A stretch of DNA of 64,000 bases. Source: Macrostomum lignano (lineage: Eukaryota). Where the stretch lies: positions 256,934 through 320,933 of the forward strand of contig NIVC01001280.1 in assembly GCA_002269645.1 (NCBI GenBank), given 5' to 3'. The translations under genes were made by a program, and so were the position numbers. The notes below the pieces were generated by a model, which did not search any database, was not told where the DNA came from, and saw nothing but the letters and a program-made list of their open reading frames with translations. Of this stretch, positions 47,216 through 59,700 are shown piece after piece. The stretch's first letter is position 1; every line of letters begins with the position of its first letter.

Positions 47216-47737
47216 CATTAACTTCTGCTGTTATTTTTTTGCCTCTGTTTCACACTGTTGTTCTATTTCGCTCTATTACTGAAATAGAAAATACCATAGA
47301 CAATAGACAAGGCACGAATTGGCACATTGACGCCCGGAAAAGGGACGCTTAAGCCCGCAAAAAATAATGACAATACTTTTAAAGTGCACTGGCTGATATC
47401 TCTCCCTTATGCAAGAAAGCATGTTTTCGAATACTCATATTGAATTTTTTATAGCTCGTAGCATCCAAGCTACAAGAAATTGAAGTTTAGTCTATGGCCA
47501 TAGACATATTGAGCTCTCACTACAAGAAAAATACACTAATTAGATAGGGAAAACACCTGTTTTTCACCTTTTACAGGTACTTAACATTGATCAAAACATA
47601 CCAAAAACTAATCATACCATCTCTGATAAATTTCCTACAAGTTGGTCAAAAAATGGAGAAAATTGGTCAAACGGTTTGCTCTTAAACGTGTCGCACACAC
47701 ACACACACACACACACACTCACGTTTAGTATAATGGA

Positions 47738-50700
47738 CGAGGCCAACTCCTCCTCTGGAGGAGAAAGGGGAAGAATTCCCATCCCCGGAATTCCATTCCC
47801 TGAAATCCATCAGCTGAATCCCATGACCTGAATCCCATCATCCAACTGTTCTCCAAATCAATCAAAATCCTCTCCGCAAAACTGAACACTATCAAAATCC
47901 TCTACTCGAAACAGAAATCCTCTCCGTGCAACTGAAAACCACCGAAATCCTCTCCGCGAAACAGAAATCCTCTCCGTGCAACTGAACACCATCGAAATCC
48001 TCTCCGTGAAACTGGACTCCATCAAAATTCTCTCCGCAAAACAGAAATCCTCTCCGCGAAACAGGCTCCGCGAAACAGAAATCCTCTCCGCGAAACAGGC
48101 TCCGCGAAACAAATATCCTCTCCGCGAAACAGAAATATTCTCCGCGAAACAGAAATCCTCTCCGTGAAACTGAAGAACATCGAAATCCTCTCCGTGAAAC
48201 TGAAAACCATCGAAATGATCTCCGTGAAACTGGACTCAATCGAAATTTTTTAAATCAAAAAGAATCAACTCTCAGGATTCATTGGTTAGGGTTAGGGTTA
48301 GGGTTAGGGTTAGAGCTGCACAGAGCTGCGTGTTAAAAGGGGCCGATAAAAAATTAAGCTAATTGAATCAATAATTGATTGCGGCTGCGCAGTTTATTTC
48401 TCAGTCAGTCAGAATCAGTCTCAGGAAAAGTTAACAAAAAGATTGCGCAATCTAAATCAACCCTCCAATACACAGCGACCGACTCCCTTCCAATACGCAG
48501 TGGCAGCTAGAAATTGAACGCGCAACTGTTGGGGAGTCGGTCGAACCCCTATTAAACCCCAAAATGAGTACAATCTTTGCAAATAGTTAAAAGTATGAAA
48601 ATAGTTTTCCCAATGGAGCTGCACAGTTTTCATATTTAACTCAAACAACTTATATCCCCGAACTCAGAGTTGCAAGATCTTTCCAGAAATATAAGTTTCT
48701 CCTCTCAAAGTTTAAAACTCGAGGAACAGTTTGCGTTTGAAATTTACCAATTTTCCGACTGCTTGCTAGAGAAGCTCGCAAGTTTATTCATTGAATTTCA
48801 CTGCCAAGCTAATACACAGGGCTGCCTATAGAGAAAAAAAGGCGCCAATAATAAAACCAATTGAATCTCGACACAGTCCTTATCTATCTGTTTACACTGT
48901 ACAACTGCTATGTACACTCAGCCCAGGCCCAACCCCCGTTCTGGAAGAAGCATTAAATTTAATTCAACCCCCAACACGCGAGGGGTTTTATTTGCATTGA
49001 ACGTAGAACACGCGGACCCCCCTCCCTCAATATACAGCGATTCGCGGGCGGAGGTTGGGGTGGCTATTTTTACAAACAGACCGCCAACTCTCTTACTGGA
49101 AAGACAGAAGGGCCAAAGAAGGTTAAAAGCTGTTTTCTGCTTTTTTAGGGATGTTGAAATGTGAAAATGGAAGATTAAAATAGCTATAAACCCAATCCGG
49201 AAAATTTGCAGTTTTCCCATATAAGTTTCGACGCTGACTTGCAAGTAGTCTAGGAGAAAAATTGCAACACACATACAGACAAACATCGCACCAGTTTTAG
49301 TATTAAGACGAGGCCAACTCCTCCTTCGGAGAAGAAAGGGGAAGAACTCCAATCAGCGGAATTCCATTCCCTGAACTCCATCAGCGGAATCCCATTTTCC
49401 AACACCTCTCCGCGCAACAGAAATCGTCTCCGTGAAACTGAACACTATCGAAATCCTCTCCGTGAAACTGAACACCATCGAAATATTCTCCGCGAAATAG
49501 AAATCCTCTCCGTGAAACTGGACTAAATCGAAATTTCTACGTCAAACAGCCCAGCTCTCAGAATTCATTGGTTAAGGTTAGGGTTAGGGTTAGAGCTACA
49601 CACAGCTGCGTGTTGACAGACGCCGTAAAAACATTGAACCAATTAAATTGCGCAACTTATTTCTCAGGCAGTCAGTATCAGCCTCAGTTAAAGTTAACAA
49701 AAAGATTGCGCAATCTAAATCAACCCTCAAATACACAGCAACCGACCCCCCTTCCAATACGCAGTGCATCTAGAAATTGAACATCCCCCCTCACCAACTA
49801 TTGGGGGGTCGGTCGAACCCCCATTGAACTCCAAAATGAGAACAATCTTTGCAGAAAGCTAAAAGTATGAAAATCTTTTCTTGAATGCTGTGAATTTAAT
49901 TTTCATATTTAAAGCAAAAAACTTATATCCCCGAACTCATCGCAGCAAGATCTTTCCAGCAATATAAGTCTCTCCTCTCTAAGTTCAAAACTCGAGCAAC
50001 AGTTAGTGTTTGAAACTTTCTGATTTTAAGCATTGAAATATCGAGTGTACGTTCACTGGCTGCAACAGTGAATTGCAGTTGTCTATACAGTCAGCCCGTG
50101 CGCCAAGGTCCAAGTGCACACGAAATGATTGCGCAATCTAAATCAACCCTCCAATACACAGCGACTGACCCCCTTCCGCAGTGGCAATTAAAAGTTGAAC
50201 CGCCCCCCCCTCCCACCAACTGTTGGGGGGTTGGTCGAACTTCATTGAACCCCAAAATGAGTACAATCTTTCCAGAAAGTAAAAAGTATGGAAGTTGTTT
50301 TCGATCGCTGTGTTTTTTCTTTTCACATTTAAAACAAACAACTTATATCCCCGAACTCAGTGTTGCAAGATCTTTCCAGCAATATAAGTATATTCTTTTA
50401 AAGTTTAGAACTCGAGGAACAGTTAGCGTTTGAAATGTCCCGATTTGGAGCATTGAAGTATCGAGTGTACGTTCACCTGCCTGCTAAAAAGGCTCGCATG
50501 TTGATGCATTGAATTTCAGTGTGCAAAAAATACACCGGGCTGCCTAATTGAAAATCAGAGCACGTATCGTTGCGCAATTGTCTATACAGTCAGCCCGTGC
50601 GCCAAGGTCCAAGTGCACACACGCCGCCACTGAGAACGCGAGCACCCCCACTGGAGAGAAAATACACTGCAGAGATAGGAGAAAGTTATGGCGCAATCGC

Positions 50701-53700
50701 TCAAAATTCATGCAAATTTTTAGCTCCAAGCAGAAAGAGGGGACAAATAAGATTATCAAAGGTCAAGATTGCAGTTTTTTGCTTTTTTCGGGATCTTAAA
50801 ATGTAAAAATAAAAAATTGAAATAGCCCACTGCCATCCTCGGAAAATTTGCAGTTTTCCCAAATAAGTTTCGACGCTGACTTGCAAGTCGTCTAGGAGGA
50901 GATATGTATCACACAGACAAACAACGCACCAGTTTTAGTATTAACGAGTGGAACTCCTCCTTCGGAGGAGAAAGGGGAAGAACTCCCATCACCGGAATTC
51001 CATTCCCTGAAATCCATCAGCTGAAACTCCACTTGAATCCCATCTTCCAAATCGTCTCCAAATTCTTTACAAAATCTTTGAAAGACCATAGCTCAAAGAC
51101 TCTCACGTCTCTCATATCTCCTCTCTCTTCTATTCGCTATTATCGTGACTCTCTTCTCTCTCCTCTCTCTCATCTCATCTCTACCCCTACTCCCTTATTT
51201 GTCTCTTCTCCCTCGTCTTTCGTCTGTACCCTCTCCTGTCTCTTGTCTCCTCTCTTCCCTCATATCTCTCCCTCTTCTCTCCTCTCTCATATGTCATCTC
51301 TACTCACTTATCTATCGTCTCTCCTTAAACCTCTCTCACTTCTCTTTTCTCTCCTCTCTGCTCTCATTTCTCATATCTCATATACGCTCTCACCCTCTAC
51401 TTTCTTATCTCCTATCTTTCGTTCCTCCTTTCCACTATCCCCTTTCTCTTCTCTTCTCTCTTTTCTATCCTTTCCATTCTCTCTTTTCTCCTCTCCTTGC
51501 TCCTTTCATCTTCTTCCCTCTCTTTTCTAATCTCTAATCTCTTCTCTCTTATTTCTCACTCATCTCTTCTCATCGCATCTCTCATCGCTCCTCTCCGCAC
51601 TACTTTCCTCTCTTAACTTGTCTCCCTCTGTTATCTCATATCTCCCCTCTCATCTCCTCTCTCCTCTTCTCTTCTCCCTCCTTTGTTCCGGCCTTACTCC
51701 CCTCTTCTCTCCCATTTGTTTAGCGGAATGGGCGTTCGCGCCTTCCCGCTGTGTCCCCCCGGGACAGCCCTGCAGCTAAGTCTCCCATCTGTCATGTCTA
51801 ATCTCTCCATTCATTTCTACTCTGTTTTCTATCATCTCATCTCTCTTCTCTTTTCATTCTTCTCTTTACTCTCTTCTCTGACTGATTGAAGATGCCAAAT
51901 TCATCAAGATCCTCTCCGAGAAGCAGTCCGTGCAACTGAAAACCATTGAAATCCTCTCCTTGAAACTTAAATTCATCAAAATCGTCTCCATAAAACAGAA
52001 ATAAATCATAAATTATCTCCGCGAAACAGAAATCCTCTCCGTGAAACTGAAAACCATCGAAATTCTCTACGTGAAACTGGACTGAATCGAAATTTTCTCC
52101 GCCAAAAAAAACTCGACACTCAGGATTCAGTGGTTAGGGTTAGGGTTAGAGCTGCACAGAGCTGCCTACCCTTTAAAAGGTGCCGATAAGTAAAAATTGA
52201 ACCAATTGAATTAATTGACTGCGCAATTTATTTCTCAGTCAGTCAGTATCACTCTCAGTTAAAGTAAACAAAATGATTGCGCATTTTAAATCAACCATTC
52301 AATAAAAATATTGAGCTAATTGAATCAATTCATTGCGCAACCGATTTCACAGTCAGTCAGTCAATCTAAATCAACCCTCCAATACACAGCAGCAGTGAGA
52401 AGTTGAACCCTCCCCCCAACTTTATCTATTACGTCTCGCAAAACTGAGTACAATCTTTGCGGAAAGTTAAAAGTATGGAAATAGTTTTTCAAATGCTGTG
52501 CTTTTTCTTTTCATATTTAAAGCAAACAACTTATATCCCCGAACTCAGCGTTGCAAGTTCTTTCCAGCAATATAAATTTTTTCTCTCAAAGTTAAAAACT
52601 CGAGCAACAGTTTGCGTTTGAAACTTTCTGATTTAAAGCATTGAAATATCGATTGTACGTTCACTGCCTGCTAAAGAGGCCCGCAAGTTTATGCATTGAA
52701 TTTCAAGGTTCAACAAAATCACAGGGCTGCCTATTGAAAATTAGAACACAAATCTTTGCGCAATTGTCTATACAGTCAGCCAGTGAGCCTGGGTCCGATT
52801 GTACACAGGCAGCCATTTAGAACGCCCCATCCCCCCACTGGAGAGAAAATACACTGCAGAGATAGGGAAAAGTTGTGGCGCAATCACTTGAAATTCATGC
52901 AAATTTTCAGCTCCAAGCAGAAAGAGGGGACAATTAAGATTATCAAAGGTCAAGACCGCCGTTTTCTGCTTTTTTGAGGATCTTAGAAATTAAAATTTCA
53001 GAATTAAAATAGCCTATAGCCGACCTCGGATAATTTCCAATCTTCCCATATAAGTTTCAACGCTGAGTTGGCACTATTCAAGGAGGAGTTGTCGAAATGA
53101 CAGACACACAGACATACAGACAAACAACGCGTCAACTTTAGTATATACGAGTGGAACTCCTCCTTCGGAGGAGAAAGGGGAAGAACTCCCATCACCGGAA
53201 TTCCATTCCCTGAATTATCCATCAACTGAAATTCCATGTCTTGAATCCCATCTTCCAAATCGTCTCAAAATTCTTTACAAACCTTTCAAAGACCATAGCT
53301 CAAAGACTCTTACGTCTCTCATATCTACTCTCTCCTCTCTTCGCTATTATCGTGACTCGCTTCTCTCTCCTCTCTCTCATCTCATCTCTACCCCTACTCT
53401 CTTATTTATCTCTACTCCCTTATTTATCTCCACTCCCTTATTTATCCCTTATTTATTCTCCCTCTCCTGTCTACTCACCTATCTTCTATCTTATCTCTCC
53501 CCTTTTCTCTCCTCTCTCATATCTCATCTCTAATCACTTATCTATCGTCTCCGCTCTACTTTCTCTCTTCCCTTTTCTCTCTTCTCTCTGCTCTCATTTC
53601 TCGTATCTCTTATACGCTCTCAACCTCTCCTTTCTTATCTCCCATTTTTCTTCCCTCCTTTCTACTGCATCACCTGTCTCCTCTCCTCTCTTTTTTCTCC

Positions 53701-56700
53701 TCTCCATTCTCTCTTCTCTCCTCTCATCTCCCCTCATCTCTTATCTAATCTCTAATCTCTTCTCCCTCATATCTCTTCTCTACTCACTTATCTATTCTCT
53801 CTCCTCTGCTCCCCTTTTACACTTTCCTATATGCTCTCACACTCACCCTCTCCTTTCTTATCTCCTGTTTTTTACACTCCTTTCTACTACCTGTCTCCTC
53901 TCGTTTCTCTCCTCTCTGCACTCTCATCTTTACCCTCTTCTTTCTCCTCACTACTTTCTTCTCTTAAATCTCTGATCTCTGATCTTTATCTCTCTCCTCT
54001 CCCCTCTCACCTCTCTCCTCTCTTTCCTCTCTTCTATTACCTCTGTACGCTCTTATCCCTTCTTTCTTCTCTCTCCTGTCTCCTCTCTGCTATCTCATAT
54101 CTCCTCTCTCATATCCTCTTCCTTCATCTCCTCTCTCCTCTTCTCTTCTCTCCTTCGTTCCCGCCTTACTCCCCTCTTCTCTCCCATCTGTCATGTCTAA
54201 TCTCTCGTCTCATTTCTACTCTGTTTTCTATCATCTCATCTCTCTTCTCTTTTCATTCTTCTCTTTACTCTCTTCTCTGACTGATTGAAGATGCCAAATC
54301 TATCAAGATCTTCTCCGCGAAGCAGAAATCCTGTCCGTACAACTGAAAACTATCGAAATCCTCTCCGTGAAACTGGACTCCTTCGAAATCCTCTCCTTGA
54401 AACTTAAATCCATCAAAATGGTCTCCATAAAACAGAAATCAATCATAAATTATCTCCGCGAAACAGAAATCCTCTCCGTGAAGCTGAACATCATCGAAAT
54501 CCTCTCCGTGAAACTGAACATCATCGAAATCCTTTCCACGAAACTGAACACCATCGAAATCCTCTCCACGAAACAGAAATCCTCTCCGTCAGAATTAAAA
54601 CATTGAAATCTTCTCCGCTAAACTTGACTTAATCGAATTTTTTTGAGTCAAACAACTAAGCTCTCCGGATTCATTGGTTAGGGTTAGGGTTAGGGTTAGA
54701 ACTACGCACAGCTTCGTGTTAAAAGGCACTGATAAAAATATTTAACTAATTGAATCAATTCATTGCGCAACCGATTTCACAGTCAGTCAGTCAGTATCAG
54801 TCTCAGTTAAAGATAACAAAAACATTGCGCAATCTAAATCAACCCTCCAATACACAGCAGCAGTGAGAAGTTGAACCCTCCCCCCAACTTTATCTATTAC
54901 GTCTCGCAAAACTGATTACAATTTTTGCAAAAAGTTAAAAGTATGGAAATAGTTTTCCCAATGCAAAGCTTTCAGTTTTCATATATAAAACAAACAACTT
55001 ATATCCCAGAACTCAGCGTTGCAAGATCTTTCCAGCAATATAAGTCTCTCCTCTCAAAGTTAAAAACTCAAGGAACAGTTAGCGTTTGAAATTTACCGAT
55101 TTCCCGACTGCTTGCTAGAGAAGCTCGCAATTCATTGAATTTCACTGCCAAGCTAATACACAGGGCTGCCTATGGAGAAAAAAAGGCGCCAATAAAAAAA
55201 ACCAATTGAATCTCGACACAGTCCTATCTATTTACACTGTACAACTGCTATGTACACTCAGCCCAAGCCCAACCCCCCGTTCCGGGGGAATCATTAAATT
55301 TAACCCAACCCCCCCCCCAACACGCGGGGGGTTTTATTTGCATTGAACGTAGAACACGCGCACCCACCACCCCTCAATACACAGCGGCCCGCGGGCGGAG
55401 GTTGGGGTGGCTATTTTTACAAACTGGCTGAAGCCCCAGGCAGAGTGGCAAAAGAAGGTTAAAGTACAATCTTTGCAGAAAGTTAAAAGTATGGAAATAG
55501 TTTTTTCAAATTCTGTGCTTTTTCTTTTCATATTTAAAGCAAACAACTTATATCCCCGAACTCAGCGTTGCAAGATCTTTCCAGCAATATAAGTTTCTCC
55601 TCTCAAAGTTTAAAACTCGAGGAACAGTTAGCGTTTGAAACTGTCTGATTTATAGCATTGAAGTATCGAGTGTACGTTCACTGCCTGCTTGCAAGTTGAT
55701 GCATTGAATTTCAATGTCCAACAAATACACAGGGCTGCCCATTGAAAGGCAGGAAAACTTATCAGTAGCCATATCATTGCGCAATTATCTATAAAGTCAG
55801 CCAGTGAGCCAGGATCCAAGTGTACACACGCAGCCACTGAGAACGCTCCCACCCCCACTGGAAAGAAAATACACTACAGAGATAGGGAAAAGTTGTAGCG
55901 CAATCACTAAAAATTCATGCATTTTTTCAGCTCCGAGCAGAAAGAGGAGACAAATAAGATTATCAAAGGTCAAGATTAGAGTTTTCTGCTTTTTTGAGGA
56001 TCTTAGAAATTAAAATTTCAGAATTAAAATAGCCTATAGCCGACCTCGGATAATTTCCAATCTTCCCATATAAGTTTCAACGCTGAGTTGGCACTATTCA
56101 AGGAGGAGTTGTCGAAATGACAGACAGACATACAGACAGACATACAGACAGACAAACAACGCGTCAACTTTAGTATATATAGATACGAGTGGAACTCCTC
56201 CTTCGGAGGAGAAAGGGGAAGAACTCCCATCACCGGAATTCTATTCCCTGAAATATCCATCAACTGAAATTCCATGTCTTTAACCCTATCTTCCAAATCG
56301 TCTCCAAATTCTTTACAAAATCTTTCAAAGACCATAGCTCAAAGACTCTTACGTCTCTCATATCTACTCTCTCCTCTCTTCGCTATTATCGTGACTCGCT
56401 TCTCTCTCCTCTCTCTCATCTCATCTCTACCCCTACTCTCTTATTTATCTCTACTCCCTTATTTATCTCTTCTCCCTCGTCTTTCGTCTGTACCCTATCC
56501 TGTCTACTCTCCTATCTTCTATCTTATCTCTCCCCTTTTCTCTCCTCTCTCATATCTAATCTCTAATCACTTATCTATCGTCTCCGCTCTACTTTCTCTC
56601 TTCTTTTTTCTCTCTTCTCTCTGCTCTCATTTCTCGTATCTCTTATACGCTCTCACCCTCTCCTTTCTTATCTCCCATCTTTCTTCCCTCCTTTCTACTG

Positions 56701-59700
56701 CATCACCTGTCTCCTCTCTTCTCTTTTCTCTCCTCTCCATTCTCTCTTCTCTACTTTCATCTCCCCATCTCTTCTCTAATCTCTAATCTCTTCTCTCTCT
56801 TATTTTCTCACTCATCTCTTTTCTCATTGCATCTCTCATCTCTCCTCTCTCTCTCTCCTCTCATCTGTACTATCTTTTTTATCTCTTCTCCCAGGTCTTT
56901 CAAATTTACTCTCTCCTGTCTCCTCTCTCCCCTCGTCTTTCCTCTCTCATATCTCTTCTCTACTCACTTATATATTCTCTCTCCTCTGCTCCCCTTTTAC
57001 ACTTTCCTATATGCTCTCACTCTCACCCTCCCCTTTCTTATCTGCTGTTTTTACACTCCTTTCTACCACCTGTCTCCTCTCGTTTCTCTCCTCTCTGCAC
57101 TCTCATCTTTACCCTCTTCTTTCTCCTCACTACTTTCTTCTCTTAAATCTCTGATCTCTGATCTTTCATCTCTCTCCTCTCACCTCTCACCTCTCACCTC
57201 TCTCCTCTCTTTCCTCTCTTCTATTGCCTCTGTACGCTCTTGTCCCTCCTTTCTTCTCCATCCTGCCTCCTCTCTGCAATCTCATATCTCCTCTCTCATA
57301 TCCTCTCCCTTCATCTCCTCTCTCCTCTTCTCTTCTCTCTCCTTCGTTCCCGCCTTACTTTCCTCTTCTCTCCCATCTGTCATGTCTAATCTCTCCACTC
57401 ATTTCTACTCTGTTTTCTATCATCTCATCTCTCTTCTCTTTTCATTCTTCTCTTTACTCTCTTCTCTGACTGATTGAAGATGCCAAATCCATCAAGATCC
57501 TCTCCGCGAAGCAGAAATCCTGTCCGTGCAACTGAAAACCATCGAAATCCTCTCCGTGAAACTGGACTCCTTCGAAATCCTCTCCTTGAAACTTAAATCC
57601 ATCAAAATCGTCTCCATAAAACAGAAATCAATCATAAATTATCTCCGCGAAACAGAAATCCTCTCCGTGAAGCTGAACATCATCGAAATCCTCTCCGTGA
57701 AACTGAACACCTTCGAAATCCTCTCCGTGAAACTGAACACCTTCGAAATCCTCTCCTTGAAACTTAAATCTATCAAAATCGTCTCCATAAAGCAGAAATC
57801 AATCATAAATTTAACTCCGCGAAACAGAAATCCTCTCCGTGAAGCTGAACATCATCAAAATCCTCTCCGTGAAACTGAGCACCATCGAAATCCTCTCCAC
57901 GAAACAGAAATCCTCTTTGTCAAAATTAAAACATTGAAATCGTCTCCGCTAAACTGGACTCAATCAATTTTTTCCGTCAAACAACTCAACTCTCCGGATT
58001 CATTGGTTAGGGTTAGGGTTAGGGTTAGAACTACGCACAGCTTCGTGTTAAAAGGCACTGATAAACTATTGAACTAATTGAATCAATTCATTGCGCAACC
58101 GATTTCACAGTCAGTCAGTATCAGTCTCAGTTAAAGTTAACAAAAACATTGCGCAATCTAAATCAACCCTCCAATACAAAGCAACTGACCCCCTTCCTAT
58201 ACACAGCGCCAGTTGGAAGTCGAAACCCCCAACTTTATCTCTCACCTCTCGCCAAAATGAGTACAATCTTTGCAGAAAGTTTAAAGTATGGAAATAGTTT
58301 TTGCAATGCAGAGCTTTTAGTTTTCATATTTGAAGCAAACAATTTATATCCCTGAAATCAGCTTTGCAAGTTCTTTCCAGCAATATAATTTTTTTCTCAA
58401 AGTTAAAAACTCGAGCAACAGTTTGCGTTTGAAACTTTCTGATTTAAAGCATTGAAATATCGATTGTACGTTCACTGCCTGCTAAAGAGGCCCGCAAGTT
58501 TATGCATTGAATTTCAACGTTCAACAAAATCACAGGGCTGCCTATTGAAAATTAGAACACAAATCTTTGCGCAATTGTCTATACAGTCAGCCAGTGAGCC
58601 AGGGTCCGATTGTACACAGGCAGCCATTTAGAACGCCCATCCCCCACTGGAGAGAAAATACACTGCAGAGATAGGGAAAAGTTGTGGCGCAATCACTTGA
58701 AAATTCATGCAAATTTTCAGCTCCAAGCAGAAAGAGGGGACAATTAAGATTATCAAAGGTCAAGACCGCCGTTTTCTGCTTTTTTGAGGATTTTAGAAAT
58801 TAAAATTTCAGAATTAAAATAGCCTATAGCCGACCTCGGATAATTTCCAATCTTCCCATATAAGTTTCAACGCTGAGTTGCCACTATTCAAGGAGGAGTT
58901 GTCGAAATGACAGACAGACACACAGACAGACAGACAAACAACGCGTCAACTTTAGTATATATAGATAGAGAAATCTTTGCGCAATTGTCTATACAGTCAG
59001 CCAGTGAGCCAGGGTCCGATTGTACACAGGCAGCCATTTAGAACGCCCCATCCCCCCACTGGAGAGAAAATACACTGCAGAGATAGGGAAAAGTTGTGGC
59101 GCAATCACTTAAAATTCATGCAAATTTTCAGCTCCAAGCAGAAAGAGGGGACAATTAAGATTATCAAAGGTCAGACCGCCGTTTTCTGCTTTTTGAGGAT
59201 CTTAGAAATTAAAATTTCAGAATTAAAATAGCCTATAGCCGACCTCGGATAATTTCCAATCTTCCCATATAAGTTTCAACGCTGAGTTGGCACTATTCAA
59301 GGAGGAGTTGTCGAAATGACAGACACACAGACATACAGACAAACAACGCGTCAACTTTAGTATATATAGAAGACGAGGCCAACTCCTCCGATGGAGGAGA
59401 AAGGGGAAGAACTCCCATCACCGGTACTCCATTCCCTGAAATGCCATTCCCTGAATCCCATCATCCAACTCCTCTCCGCGAAACTGAACATCATCGAAAT
59501 CTTCTCCGTAAAAGAGAACTCCATCAAACACCTCTCCGTGAAACTGACATTCATCAAAATCCCCTCCGAGAAATAGAAATCCTCTCCGTGAAACTGGACT
59601 CCATGGAAATCCTCTCCGTGAAACTGACATTCATCAAAATCCCCTCCGAGAAACAAAATCCTCTCCGTGAAACTGGACTCCATGGAAATCCTCTCCGTGA

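Larger units (their letters stand above)
45507..47737 (-). mobile_element. Possible composite Helitron-like element (5' TC at 47737, 3' hairpin plus CTAG at 45507)
   Basis: The minus-strand 5' end is TCCATTATACTAAAC(GT)n. The 3' end is the hairpin GCTCCCC-AAC-GGGGGGC, then GTAGATTG-CTAG followed by T. Pairing these two ends into one element is inference. Confidence 0.45.
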
